Origin: Mobula hypostoma
Lineage: Eukaryota
Length of the DNA: 64,000 bases
Direction of reading: 5' to 3'
Assembly (NCBI RefSeq): GCF_963921235.1
Contig: NC_086097.1
Location: 225,248,001 to 225,312,000, forward strand
Numbering within the stretch: the first letter of the stretch is position 1; every line of letters starts with the position of its first letter. Both the position numbers and the translations under genes were made by a program. This document shows positions 49,601 through 62,884 of this stretch, piece by piece. The notes beneath the pieces are model-generated. The model saw only the letters and a list, made by a program, of their open reading frames with translations, did no database searches and was not told the origin of the DNA.

Positions 49601-50414
49601 TTCTTTTCTTTTTTGTGTCGGGGAGATTTGATGTCTTCTCTTTCATCAACTCCCATTGGCTTTCTGTATTTCATGGCTATCTGGAGAAAACAAATATCAG
49701 AGTTGTATTGTACATGCATACTTTGACAATAAAGTGAATCTTTCGAACCTTTGAAGAGGTGCTTGCTGGAATATTGTGCTGATCTGGCTTCAGGAATGAA
49801 GCTATCTGTGATGTCTTCTGATGAAAAGCTTGCACTAAGTTTGAGTCCTGTGAGGATGGCTTTTCTTCTGTCATTTTCAATAGAGGTCACCATTTTGTAA
49901 GCCAGGTTAGACATAAGACTATCAGTGCTTAACAATTTGGATGGAATCAGTTTGCTTTTTAAGCCACACATAAATAAATTGCTCACCTCACGATTCAACA
50001 ATGAACCAAAGTTGCAATGTCTGGTTAAATCCTATAATATAACCAACTGGGTATTGACAGTTCCTCTGCTCTGATTTTGTATGCCAAACTTATAGTCCTC
50101 TGTACTTTTTTCCCCCCAATTGCTGTTGATTGAAATACCCCTTCAATTCTGAAGGATGAATTTGCCCTAATCATGGACAACCCAACAATCTGACTTCAGC
50201 ACATTGCACATTAGTTGGGCTTTTGTAATATCCAGCGGATAGCCACAGACTTGCCAAAGCTATTTGGAGGCCCTGGCGAACCATGCTAGATCTCAGTGGG
50301 CCCTAGGACTGGGGGAGTAGTTATGGTGTGGTAACGTGTGCACGCACTGGTGCATGCACAGACACCAACATACAACACAGAGAAGCACAGGCACAAACAT
50401 ACTCAGAAGCAAAT

Positions 50415-50765
50415 ACACGAGAAAATCTGCAGGCGCTGAAAATCCTGGAGGAACTCAGCAGGCCAGGCAGCAACTATAACAATGAATAAACAGTCAATGC
50501 TTTGGCCACAGACCCTGCTTCAGGTCTGATAAGGAAGGGGGAAGACGTCAGAATAACAAGGTGGGTGAGGGGAAGGAGGCTGGCTAGAAGGTGATAGGTG
50601 AAGTCAGGTGGGTGGGAAAGGCCAAGTTTTGAAGGAGAAGGAATCTGATAGGAGAGGAGAGAGGACCATAGGAGAATGGGAAGGGAGGGGGGTGGACCAA
50701 AGGGAGAGTAATAGGCAGATGATAGGAGGTAGAAGGTCAGAGAAGGGAATGGAGGGGGGGGGAGA
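50415..50765 (-). mobile_element. Penelope pLTR remnant
   Basis: GAAAATCTGCAGG...GGAGGAACTCAGCAGGCCAGGCAGC followed by the purine-rich tract. Confidence 0.8.
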
Positions 50766-50964
50766 ATTTTAAGCACACATACAAAAACACACACACGTGC
50801 AAGTGAGTGAGTATGCACACAGACATGCAAACAAGCGTACACTTGCGCACACGCAAGCATACGTACAAACAGCTTATTCGAGCTGCTACCCTTTTTATAA
50901 TAAATAGTGTTATCTCACTGGTTAACCCTGACACAAGGCAGTTTTAAACAGATATATTCAATAT

Positions 50965-53100
50965 CAAGGAAAACCCCACAGTAAAAAAAAATTACATTAA
51001 ATAGCATTAAAATTCTACAAAGTTTCGGAAAAAACGCTCGCTCAGAATATTTATATAGCACAACTCCATTATCCATGAGAATCCAAGCTCAATATCCTTT
51101 GAAATCTACATTGCATCATTTAAAAATCTTTGACATTTTATCAGAGAAATGCTACATTCAGGATTGATCAGAAAATATGCTCATCATCCGTTGAAATCCA
51201 GCCTCAATATCAAAGCTGCTGGTCAGTATCAGTGAAAATCCACACTCTGTATCCATCAAACTCCACGCTCAATTTCAAACAAATCTCATGCATAAAATCA
51301 GATGAAATCCACACTCAGTTGCAATACAAATTCATGCTGTTGAAATAAATCCACATAAAATATCAGCAAAAAGTTGCAGGCAGCATTCACACCCCAATAT
51401 CAGTGAATACTCAACGTAAAAATCAACAATCAGTCAAAATTGTGCTCGAATGCAATCTGCTCCCATTCTGAACATTAGTAAAAGCCTGTATGGTGAGCAT
51501 AGAGTCATATAGTCATGGAGAAGTACAGCAGAGAAACAGGCCCATCAGCCCATCTAGTCCATGCCAAAACTATTTAACCTGCCTACTCCCACCGTCCTGC
51601 ACTAGGACCATACCCCTACTATCCATGTACCTATCCAAACTTCTCTTAAATGTTGAAATCAAGCTTGCATACACCACTTGGACCGGCAGCTCATTCCACA
51701 CTCTTATGACCCTCAGAGTGAATAACTTTTCCCTCACGTTCCCCTTAAACTTCTCACCTTTCACATTTAACCCGTGACCTCTGATTGTAGTCAAACCCAA
51801 CCTCAGTGGAAAAGCTTGGTTGCTTTTATCTTATCTATACCCCTCACCAACGTCTTACACAACTCTAAAATAATATCCCATTTTCTGTTCTCAGTACATT
51901 GATTTTTGAAGGCAAATGTGACAAAAGCTTTCTTTACAACCCTATCTACCTGTGACACCACTTTCATAAAAACATAGAAACATAGAAAACCTACAGCACA
52001 ATATGAGCCCTTCGGCCCACAAAGTTGTGCCAAACATGTCCCTACCTTAGAAATTACTAGGGTTACCCATAGCCATCTATTTTTCTAAGCCTCATGTTCC
52101 TATCCAAAAGCCTCTTAAAAGACCCTATCATATCCACCTCCACCACCGTTGCCAGCAGCCCATTCCACGCATTCACATTCTCTGCGAAAAAAACTTACCC
52201 CTGACATCTCCTCTGTACCTACTCCCAAGCATCTTAAACCTGTACCTTCTTGTGGCAGCCATTTCAGCCTTGGGAAAGAACCTCTGACTACCCACAGGAT
52301 CAATGCCTCTCATCGTCTTATACACCAGGTCACTATCAATGAATTACGTACCGTATTCCCAGATCCCTTTGTTCAACCACACTCTTCAATGCCCTACCAT
52401 TCACCGTGTAAACCCTACCCTGGTTGGTCCTACCAAAGTGCAAAGCCTCGCATTTGTCTGCATTAAATCCCTTCTGCCATTTTTCAGCTCATTTTTCCAG
52501 CTGATTTTTCCCTCTGAAAGCCATTATGGCTGCCTTCACTGTCCACTTCCTCACTACATCCCGAATCTTGGTGTCAACTATAAACTTACTGAGCCAGTTA
52601 ACCACATTATCATCCAGATCATTGATATGGATGACAAACAAAAAAGGACCCAGCATGAATCCCTGGGACACATCACTAGCCTCAGGCCTCCAGTCAGAGA
52701 GGCAACCCTCTACTACCAGTCCCTGGCTTCTCCCACAAAGCCAATATCTAAGCCAATGTGAAGTGAATTAATCAGCATCGACCAAAAACATCCACACCTC
52801 TAAGCTTGATATCAGTGATTAAAACAATGTGTGGGAAACACAATTACTGTACAAGGATATATTTCCACAAACAAAATCAAGGAAAATTTCATATGAATCA
52901 TGAATAGAATCCACATACATTATCATAAAAAAAAAATCAAGGCATGAGTAAAAGCTTATGTTCATTATCAGTTCCACTCAACACAAGTAAAAATCCTTTA
53001 AATATTAGTCAACACTCAGTCTGTGTCAGTCATCCAAGCTCATCATCAATCAAAACACACAATGGTGATCAGACACGCTTGATGTCAATGCAAAGGGCGT
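50965..53100. repeat. Old degenerate ~23-bp minisatellite split by CR1 insertions
   Basis: Recurring AAATCCACACTCAATATCAGTG-like units at 50965-51485 and 52770-53100. Confidence 0.6.
51497..52770 (-). mobile_element. CR1 fragment with a second CR1 3' end nested at ~51970-52330
   Basis: QGFMLGPFLFVIHINDLDD; RGHGLNVKGEKFKGNVREKLFTLRVIRVWNELP; two separate CR1 tails. Confidence 0.85.
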
Positions 53101-54025
53101 ACTTATTTTAGGCTATATCTATGCTGACTGTCAGTCAATAGGCATTGAGCTTCATCTAAGTCCACAGATCCTGCCAGAATTACTCTGCATCTCAGAGGGA
53201 GATCTTTCTTTAGGCCAAGATTCTGATCTTGAACGACTTGTCTCTCATGTAAAAAGGAATTAGCTCTGAGATCTGTAACAAGCCTGGACCACAACATCTC
53301 TGCCTAATTTCATGTGGCCCATTAGACGTTCTCTAGAGTGTGGTTTATTGGAGAGGTTTGATTCCAAGTGAAACTGGCAGCTGCATATGAATTTCAGTCG
53401 ACATATATCGATCTGCACTGTCTGAAAACAAGGCTGAGAATTCTGCCATGTAAGATGTGTTTCATATGCCTTATGGGATAGAATTGAGGTGTAAAATCAA
53501 TTGTGGAATGCGTTGTGGCCTTATGTTGCATGTTGAAGCTCTGGATCGTTTCCTTCCACATTTGTGAACTGTGAACACACAAGAGTAACTGAACATGTTG
53601 CAGTGACACTAATCATCTTGTGTTCATGTGTCACATTGCTGCTGGAGACGTGTGAACAAGAGGTAATGTTAGGAAAGCTCAGGAAAGTGGGGAGTGACAG
53701 GAGGAAGCAGGTTTGCTTCGGGCTTCCGTAAAAGGATAGATCTTACCTGTTCAATTTGTTAAAGATCAAGTTGATTGGGTTCAGTTCAGATGCAATCACG
53801 GATTAGATTTCTGATCATTATTAAGGTTGGAAAAAAAATTCTTCCAGGGAGTGGCCCAAGCACTTCAACCCTTTTCTGCCCCTGCTGGCATTATTGTCTG
53901 AGAAATGAGGAATCTGCTCACAGGGCATTCCTCCGTTTGTTCTACCATGGTAACTCTTCAGTTCCTGCTACTGGTTCAAGTTAAGAATCATGAGGTCAAG
54001 AGCTGCAAGGATGCAATGTAATCCC

Positions 54026-54150
54026 CTGAAGGGTCTTGGCCCGAAATGTTGACTGTTTATTCTTTTCCATAGATGATGCTCGACCTGCTGAGTTCCTCCA
54101 GCATTTTGTGTGCGTTGCCTTGAATTTCGAGTATCTGCAGATTTTCTGGT
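54026..54150 (+). mobile_element. Solo Penelope pLTR-derived insert
   Basis: CTGAAGGGTCTTGGCCCGAAATGTTGACTG...CTGCTGAGTTCCTCCAGCATTTTGTGTG...ATCTGCAGATTTTCT. Confidence 0.8.
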
Positions 54151-54871
54151 AATACAATCCACAGTTTACTCACACATTTATTACGACTAACCACAGAAGG
54201 ATCATGAGCCAGGGAGCTTATCCAAATACAAGCATACAAAAATCATTTCCCAGTGGCACCAGTGCAAATAAAATGGGCCCATGTGCAGTCATTTGGCGCG
54301 TGTTTCTTAATGCTTGACACAAAGCCATTGACTCACAATAAATCCACCTTTCCCTCACTCCTAATGGGAAAGGAGCCACACAGCTGCAGACACGAATAGC
54401 AGACTGATGGGGAGACGACTACACCTATGCTCAATACCCTGCCGGGGAGAAACTTTGTATGTGGTATGGCAGTAGACAACGGCATAGGAGATACAAAGAT
54501 GAAAAAAGATGGCAGAATGCTTATGACTGTCCGGAAATGTAGAGGTGGCTTGACCCAAAATCAGAGCAGCAAAGACGATTCCGTAGTGGATGATAACTTT
54601 AATAATAGACCAAAAAAAAACAAGCAATAAGGAGCCACAAAAACAAGGGAGAACAGAAACTAAACACAACAGGCAACCAGGTAAACTTTAGGCAGGGAGA
54701 GTGAAGGCTAGGAGCAATTGATTGAGGCCAGCTGGTTCGATGAGTGAACAAGGACTGTGGATGAGAACTGAGGTTCAACGGGCTGAAAGTGTTGAGTCTG
54801 GAATGAGCAGCAGATAGTTCTATTAGCTGGGTGGAGACTGGAAGGTGCCTGGGAAGCAAGACTGACAATGA

Positions 54872-55150
54872 TTAACTTTATTTGTCACATGTACATCAAA
54901 ACATACTGTGCAATGTGTCATTTGTGTGAACACAATCCATGGATGCACTTGGGGCTGTCTGCAAATGTCACCACACTTCCAGCACCAACATAGCATGCCC
55001 ATAACACATCTGTCTTTGGAACATGGGAGGAAACTAATGCACCCTGAGGAAACCCACACGGTCATGGGGAGAACATACAAACTTCCTACAGCCAGTGGTG
55101 GGAATTGAATCATGATCACAATTCATGGCAGTGTATAGTGTTAAGCTAAC
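54872..55150 (-). mobile_element. V-domain SINE with a non-CR1 (Rex1-type) tail
   Basis: Core GTTCTCCCCATGACCGTGTGGGTTTCCTCAGGGTGC...TTCCTCCCATGTTCCAAAGAC; tail GTACATGTGACAAATAAAG. Confidence 0.75.
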
Positions 55151-55469
55151 TCCTTCTCCTGCTAATATTCTATTTCCCTCACCATTCAGAATCTCTTTTG
55201 GTTTGTAAGGTGCATTTGGTATAAGAACTCCCCTTTTCTCCCTGTCCTCGCACTTTGTTCACTGGCAGAGGCACAGCAGAGCGATGAGAACCAATCCATT
55301 GCCTCAGCTGACAGGCACCAGTTCAGGTGCTGTCCATGATGTTCAAAATGGGCTGCAGGTGTACCAAGGTAAAGAAAGGCCCAGGCACCAGCTCCATGGA
55401 GGCTGTGGTTGCACACAGTTTCAATGACTAAATACTCAGGACTACAGTGAGGTCCTGCAGAAGATAGAC

Positions 55470-55720
55470 ATGCATATTGAGGTACTCCTGAGTTGCCCAG
55501 TTTTCCCATGATGGGTGGACCTGTCCTTGTGAATTGTGTCCATATCAGACATGAAGAGACTGTAGATATCATCTAGCACATTCTTTCTTTTCCTCTCCGA
55601 TCTTCCACCTCTGGAAGGATTTATATCCAAGATGCTTAAGGCATTGTGACATTTCCTTTAATGGACAGTGTGATTCTGTCATCCTCTCTGTTGCTATCAT
55701 AGATGGCAGATCTCTCCAAA
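55470..55720 (-). mobile_element. Decayed RTE-clade LINE 3' end
   Basis: RGGRSERKRKNVLDDI...DRSTHHGK resembles the RTE C-terminal GGRRRGRQRKSW.DNI...DR..WR. Confidence 0.5.
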
Positions 55721-56769
55721 CACTAATGTCATGAAGTAATAGCAACAACTATGCATCAAGTATTGGTTTATTACTGTCACGTGTATCAAGACACAGCAAA
55801 AAGCTTCTCCTTTATACTGTTCATACAGATTGAATCATTACAGAAGAAAGTAAAACAATAACAATACAAAATCAAGTGTGAAATGTACAGAAAAAGTGCA
55901 GTTTTTGGCAAACAATAAAGTGCATGATGAAGTAGATTGTGAGGCTAAGAGTCTATCTTATTGTACAAGAGGTTGATTCAAGAGTCTGAAAACAGTGGGA
56001 AGGAAACTGTCCTCAAGTCTGGTTGTATGTGCTTTCAGGCTTTTGTTAATCTTCTTCCCAATGGGAGAGTGACTGCCCAGGCCAGGTGAGGTCTTTGGTT
56101 ATGCTAGCTGATTTACTGAAACAGCGAGAAGTAAAAACAGAGTCCTTTGAGGGGAGGGCTGGCTTCCATCAGTTAAAAATCAACTACTAAGAAAAGTGTA
56201 AGTATTCGATATTCCATTTAGTATACATTGAGCATTAAGTGTGTTGGTGGGCGTATGAGGGAGAGTTTTCTCCCTGCTAAACAATAGGGTTATGTGCTAG
56301 CTTCATATTGTGCACTAGACTCATTGGCCAGAGGCTGGCATTTAACCAAAGTTGCACAAGGATTCACTTTATCTACTATCAAATCATCCAAATTACTGGT
56401 CACCAGAATGCGCAATAGCAATTAACGTTTCAGAATGGAAGTCCTCTTTCTGCTGGAGAGCCCGAGGACAATAAAACTCAATTTCTCCAGTGGTAACCCA
56501 GAAAATATACCAAACATGAATATGAAATAGTGAATGTTAAGACAAATATTACCCATCATAATTATCTAAATATTTTTGCAGCCAATCCTGAACACCTTAT
56601 TTCTGGTTCTTGTGCAGAAATGCTTCACCTCAATGACTTCTTGAATCAAACAGGGATCAAATCAGTGTTCAATTTGACCAGTCAGCTTGTGACCACAAAG
56701 GAACTGAATGTGCTGCCTGGATTCACTACCGGAGTTCCTTATTAAAATTTTATTGATTTCATTTGATTA

Positions 56770-58468
56770 AATAATCTTCCAGAAATAGTAAGGGACAGAG
56801 GGTCCAGTGAGATGGAGGAACTGAGCGAAATACATGTTAGTAGGGAAGTGGTGTTAGGTAAATTGAAGGGATTGAAGGCAGATAAATCCCCAGGGCCAGA
56901 TGGTCTGCATCCCAGAGTGCTTAAGGAAGTAGCCCAAGAAATAGTGGATGCATTAGTGATAATTTTTCAAAACTCGTTAGATTCTGGACTAGTTCCTGAG
57001 GATTGGAGGGTGGCTAATGTAACCCCACTTTTTGAAAAAGGAGGGAGAGAGAAACCGGGGAATTATAGGCCGGTTAGCCTAACGTCAGTGGTGGGGAAAC
57101 TGCTGGAGTCAGTTATCAAGGATGTGATAACAGCACATTTGGAAAGCGGTGAAATGATTGGACAAAGTCAGCATGGATTTGTGAAAGGAAAATCATGTCT
57201 GACGAATCTCATAGAATTTTTTGAGGATGTAACTAGTAGAGTGGATAGGGGAGAACCAGTGGATGTGGTATATTTGGATTTTCAAAAGGCTTTTGACAAG
57301 GTCCCACACAGGAGATTAGTGTGCAAACTTAAAGCACACGGTATTGGGGGTAAGGTATTGGTGTGGGTGGAGAATTGGTTAGCAGACAGGAAGCAAAGAG
57401 TGGGAATAAACGGGACCTTTTCAGAATGGCAGGCGGTGACTAGTGGGGTACCGCAAGGCTCAGTGCTGGGACCCCAGTTGTTTACAATATATATTAATGA
57501 CTTGGATGAGGGAATTAAATGCAGCATCTCCAAGTTTGCGGATGACACGAAGCTGGGTGGCAGTGTTAGCAGTGAGGAGGATGCTAAGAGGATGCAGGGT
57601 GACTTGGATAGGTTGGGTGAGTGGGCAAACTCATGGCAGATGCAATTTAATGTGGATAAATGTGAAGTTATCCACTTTGGTGGCAAAAATAGGAAAACAG
57701 ATTATTATCTGAATGGTGGCCGATTCGGAAAAGGGGAGGTGCAACGAGACCTGGGTGTCATTATACACCAGTCATTGAAAGTGGGCATGCAGGTACAGCA
57801 GGCGGTGAAAAAGGAGAACGGTATGCTGGCATTTATAGCGAGAGGATTCGAGTACAGGAGCAGGGAGGTACTACTGCAGTTGTACAAGGCCTTGGTGAGA
57901 CCACACCTGGAGTATTGTGTGCAGTTTTGGTCCCCTAATCTGAGGAAAGACATCTTTGCCATAGAGGGAGTACAAAGAAGGTTCACCAGATTGATTCCTG
58001 GGATGGCAGGTCTTTCATATGAAGAAAGACTGGATGAACTGGGCTTGTACTCGTTGGAATTTAGAAGATTGAGGGGGGATCTGATTGAAACGTATAAGAT
58101 CCTAAAGGGATTGGACAGGCTAGATGCGGGAAGATTGTTCCCGATGTTGGGGAGGTCCAGAACGAGGGGTCACAGTTTGAGGATAGAGGGGAAGCCTTTT
58201 AGGACCGAGATTAGGAAAAACTTCTTCACACAGAGAGTGGTGAATCTGTGGAATTCTCTGCCACAGCAAACTGTTGAGGCCAGTTCATTGGCTATGTTTA
58301 AGAGGGAGTTAGATATGGCCCTTGTGGCTACAGGGGTCAGGGGGTATGGAGGGAAGGCTGGGTTCTGAGTTGGATGATCAGCCATGATCATAATAAATGG
58401 CGGTGCAGGCTCGAAGGGCCGAATGGCCTACTCCTGCACCTATTTTCTATGTTTCTATGTTTCTATGT
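56770..58468 (+). mobile_element. Very young 5'-truncated CR1 LINE
   Basis: Uninterrupted RT frame, intact 3' UTR, (TTCTATGT)3 tail, TAAATA duplicated at 56768-56773 and 58468-58473. Confidence 0.97.
56812..58368 (+). CDS. CR1 ORF2 reverse transcriptase domain (518 aa, endonuclease missing)
   Basis: KSPGPDGLHPRVLKE, NYRPVSLTSVVGK, QHGFVKGKSC, YLDFQKAFDKVPH, GVPQGSVLGP, KFADDTK, VRPHLEYC; no stops. Confidence 0.9.
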   Translation: MEELSEIHVSREVVLGKLKGLKADKSPGPDGLHPRVLKEVAQEIVDALVIIFQNSLDSGLVPEDWRVANVTPLFEKGGREKPGNYRPVSLTSVVGKLLESVIKDVITAHLESGEMIGQSQHGFVKGKSCLTNLIEFFEDVTSRVDRGEPVDVVYLDFQKAFDKVPHRRLVCKLKAHGIGGKVLVWVENWLADRKQRVGINGTFSEWQAVTSGVPQGSVLGPQLFTIYINDLDEGIKCSISKFADDTKLGGSVSSEEDAKRMQGDLDRLGEWANSWQMQFNVDKCEVIHFGGKNRKTDYYLNGGRFGKGEVQRDLGVIIHQSLKVGMQVQQAVKKENGMLAFIARGFEYRSREVLLQLYKALVRPHLEYCVQFWSPNLRKDIFAIEGVQRRFTRLIPGMAGLSYEERLDELGLYSLEFRRLRGDLIETYKILKGLDRLDAGRLFPMLGRSRTRGHSLRIEGKPFRTEIRKNFFTQRVVNLWNSLPQQTVEASSLAMFKRELDMALVATGVRGYGGKAGF

Positions 58469-59849
58469 AAATATGACAATGACATTTTAAGCAATAAATT
58501 GGGGCTCTAACATACCTTAGTATGGTTAAAATAAAATAAAAAGATTCTGCTTGTGACACTGGCATGAAGTTTTTCCACAATGTTTCCAAAGTGTTTGCTT
58601 GGGGCTAAAACTTGTGTGCTTTTATTTTCTTTAAAAATGGACCAAGAGTAACCTGATTACTAGCAGCATGCAATGTATCAGTGCAGTTGCTACATGACAC
58701 TGAAGCTTACCTGTCGGGTTCAGAATCAAACCAGAATTCGATCAGGTAAGGTACAAATCGGATTGGTCTGCTTCAAATGGATCAGTTCTCTCAGTGGATC
58801 AGCTCTGCTGAGCCGAAGGTGCAGCCAGAGAAGGCTATGGCACGGATTGCCTGTTGTACCTCAGAAAAAGATGCAAGATGGCAGGTGGGAAAAGACAGCC
58901 TGTGTCCGCTCATAGCTTATTTCCATCAAAGACTGGCACGCACTTCCACCACTTGCTCTGAAGACTTACCTCGGGGTCTAAACAGCCTAGCATTATGTTT
59001 TATGTTCTCCAGTAGAATTATTTAAGTTTTCTGAGATAGCATTCTTGTCATTTAACTCTGGCCTGCTGGCAAAAATTATTTCACTTACTTTTGGCCAAGG
59101 TATGCTACGTGGCAACAAGTGAAGTGTCTATGTTCATTCTTGCCTTGCATTGCTTACATTATCCCTGCAGTTGGAAGTCTTCACAATACCTAAAGCTTTA
59201 GAAGGAACTTTGAGAAGCGCAACCAGCTAGAAGCTGCATGTGGATTGGAGAAGACTTTTTCTTGCAGCAATATAGAAGGTCACAGTTCATTACAGAGATT
59301 TAACTGCTTCAAAAGTGTAGACATAAAATTCAGACGATGCCCATTATTACATTACTAAAGCCATAGTTTTGATGTCAAGAGACACTTACAATGCACAAGC
59401 AAACATGAGTGGAGAGGCACTTTGTATGGTGTCTTGCTTGGAGCATACCAGGGCTATCCCTATGAACTCAGTGGTCTATGTAGGATTAGGATTGAAAATG
59501 CATTCATGATTTACCACTAATAACCCATCCCACTTAGTTCATGGCTAATTTCTGTTTTCTGCCCCTAGGATTCTACGGAGGCGCGGTGCCTTGTAAAACT
59601 GGTTCAAGTTGAACAAGTGCAATAAGACTGATGTGGCTAACACCAACATATTTCTGATGACCAGAAAAATTGATAGTTTCCAGGCATGGACACATGAATT
59701 AGAATTTTCTTTCATTACAATATGATTGAGACAAAGTATTTACAAGTAGTTCAATCTAGAAAACGCAGAAGGACGGAAAACAAGGGGAAGCTCTGCTGTT
59801 GGATAAGGAAACACCTTATTCCTGATGAGACCAACCTCAGCTTAGAGGA

Positions 59850-60060
59850 CACAATGAGGCCTCCCTCAGGTTTGAAGACCAACACCTCATACTTTGTCTA
59901 GGTAACCTCGAACTTAATGACATGAATTTCAATTTTCCCAACTTCTGGTAATTTCTCCCTTTCCTCCCTTATTTTTCCAATCCCCTTTCTCTTCTGCCCT
60001 GGCCATCACCTCTCTCTGGTGCCCCTTCTCCTACTCTTTCTCCCATGCTTTACTGTCCTC
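59850..60060 (+). mobile_element. Old Penelope 3' remnant
   Basis: HNEASLRFEDQHLILCLGNLELNDMNFNFPNFW followed by a pyrimidine tract. Confidence 0.7.
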
Positions 60061-62884
60061 GTGGGTCTCCTGTAGACAGAGGGTTAGGGTTAGCCTTTAT
60101 GGCTTACAATTCAGTGTCCAAAAACAGGGGAGCTTGTGCTTTATTCTTTGCAGTTTCCCAACTCATCTTCGATTATATTTTGCTGTATGCATTGACCTAC
60201 ATGTGATAAATAAATCTGAATCAGAATCCAAGTTGGTTAAAGGATGCAGACTAGCATAAACTGCCTACTCTCTGTGCTGGTCCCCCGATGAATTGCCTTT
60301 CCATACATGCCACAGCTGCGGACCTATGAATGCTGCCTTTGTTATGACAATAACAATGTGTTGATAATAGTTGCTGCACTTTCAGCATTATATCACATAC
60401 GTTTCTCTTAGTTTTGCAACGTTTTGCTAAACTTTTGAGGCTATTGAATTAAGCCCCTTAAAGATCTTAAAGAAGGAAGAAATCTAATTTGAGTTTGTCA
60501 TGATTTTGCTTTGATTAACTAAATATGGCTCCACTGATAAACCAGGGAAGTTTTAGATACCTGTTTATTGAATTTATAGGGGATAATTTTAATTTTACTT
60601 GCCTTGGAGAAATGGAGAATCTTAGTTCTGCTCTCAATCTTGCAGCAGGAGTAATCTTAACCTCCATCAATAAAAAAAAATAGAATCAGGTGTTTGGAAG
60701 ATGAAGAGCTGATCTGAACCTAGCACTTTCTTGATGGGTAAGTTAATTTCAAATTATCCCAAACGTGCCTTCACATCTGTCTGTTAATAAAATTAAAATG
60801 CTTATTTAATATCAGTTAAGGCTTATAGCAAAATAAGTGAATATCAGCATTGAAAAAATGGTAAGTTATTTATTTTAAATGTCAACACCTTAACATAAAA
60901 TTTCCTTCTGAATCTGGAAAATAAACTTTTCAGGAAAGTTATTTCATGAAGATGTTACTCAGGCAAAAGTATGTAATTGAAAAATATATATTTTCCAAAG
61001 AATATCATGGGCTCAGTTGCAGGCAACTGTTCGGCTTATCACATGCAAAGGGGCAAATCTTTCCCATCAAAAAAGATAGATTCCTGATGGCATTTGACAT
61101 TTAAAATCATCTAAATTTACAGCACAGAAGGAGACCATTCAGCCATCATCTCTCTAATGCTTGGGAAAGCAATTCAAACATAATCCCACAGCCGTGCATT
61201 CCCCCTACACTCCTGTATCTTACTTTGCTTTAAATATTTATCCAATTCTTTCCTAAAAGATGTAATGATCTCTGCCTCAAGCACTCCCTGTGGCAAAGTA
61301 TTTCATGCTTCAGTAATCCTCTTGGTAAGAGATTTCTCTTAACCTTTCTTCTCAATCTCTTGGTGATATTAATAAATTGTAGCTACCACCACCACCACCC
61401 CCAATCTTACCCCCACCTCTCATCCTTGTCATTGACTTCCTGAAGCTAGGGGAAACGTTTGGGATCTCAGGTAAATCAGCAGCAATACTTATTGCCAAGC
61501 CTGCTCTGATTGAATGCCTTATTGATTGATAACTGCTTCCAAGTGGAATCAAATCTCAAATATCTCATCTGAAGCAAGTGCTGGGACGTGGAATAGATTC
61601 AGCTACGAGAAAGCTGGCTTTATGTACAGGCCTGAAAATATTGTGTTAATTCTACCCAGAGTTGACCACATGGAGCTGACTGTGAAGAGTAAAGAGAAGC
61701 TGGTGTCCGCTGGTCATCAGCCTGGACATGTGTTCTGACTTTGTTAATGTCATTGCAAAATAATTAAGAAAGATCGGGAAGGGCAAAGAATAAAGAAATT
61801 AAATCTGATGGAGACTCTGACATGAGAGTGCTGTGGTGGAAAGAGAGGCCACTGCTAGTGGGACCTTTGGAAGTTTGGTCTAATGGAACTGGACAATGGA
61901 TGAAAAGCAATAGAGGGAGATACCATTATCAACCTTATTAAATCCTGCAGAACTATGAAGGACAATGCACAACAGTCACATTCATTGAGAATGTCATACT
62001 CAGGTCAAGGCAATTTCACTGCTATGAGTATGATAAATACTGACAAAGACTATCATCCTATTGATCAAATCCAGACTCGGTTTTTATAACGATATTAGGC
62101 GAATTACAAAGTCATCGTGTGATTATATAACTGTGAAGTCTCAAATGTAGCTATTGCTATTTCATAGATTTCAGGTAGTGATCCTCGTTTGTAAACAGAA
62201 CATTTAAACTTCATGGCTAACATATGCAAATTGCTGCTTTTTAAATAAATATTTGATATCGCCTTGAGTGTTACCCCTAGTAAAATGAAGTCTGATGTAA
62301 TGTTTATTTGTTAAACTGGTTGATTCTTTCAAGGGCCTTGTTCAGAATCCTCCTTTATGGAAGTGATCTAAAATGACTAATAAGAAGCCTGATAATTAAT
62401 TCACCAGATTGACAATAAATTGACTCAATATCAGAAAACAAAAAGCTGCTGGAAATACTTGGATGTCATTGATCATTTACTGTGCCTTTTATTTAAGACT
62501 GTAGCAAGCATCAGTAAATTGCAGCTCAACCTGCTATGCCGCCATTGAGGAATTTGCCCGTTCTTGGAGTGGGATAAATTCAGACGGAGTATGGGCTTGA
62601 AATTGACAGGGAATAGCAAGCATGTGCACAGGAGGAATGTGACAATGCCGGGAATATGGAGTATCTGCCACAGCCTCATTTAGGTCAGGCGGACAGTGCA
62701 GCGGGTGCCCGGGAAGCAGGAATCCTCAGCAGAATTCTCTTATCAAGATTGTGGTTCATCCAGTCGCAGCAGCCACTCTGGCTCCAATGGTGCAAATTCT
62801 TTGTCCTTCACATCTTTCTTATAATCGCAAGACACTGCTGGATAGTTAGAACATCAAGTAATGCAAGTCTACAAGGCAGGAGGT

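Noticed and set aside
55255..55430. Possible ancient SINE (LF-SINE/Deu-like)
   Set aside because: Resemblance is limited to a short degenerate stretch.
62640..62880. GC-richer stretch with SYNRKTLLD as a possible exon
   Set aside because: It abuts a Rex1 3' end and may be a LINE 5' remnant; no support as a host gene.
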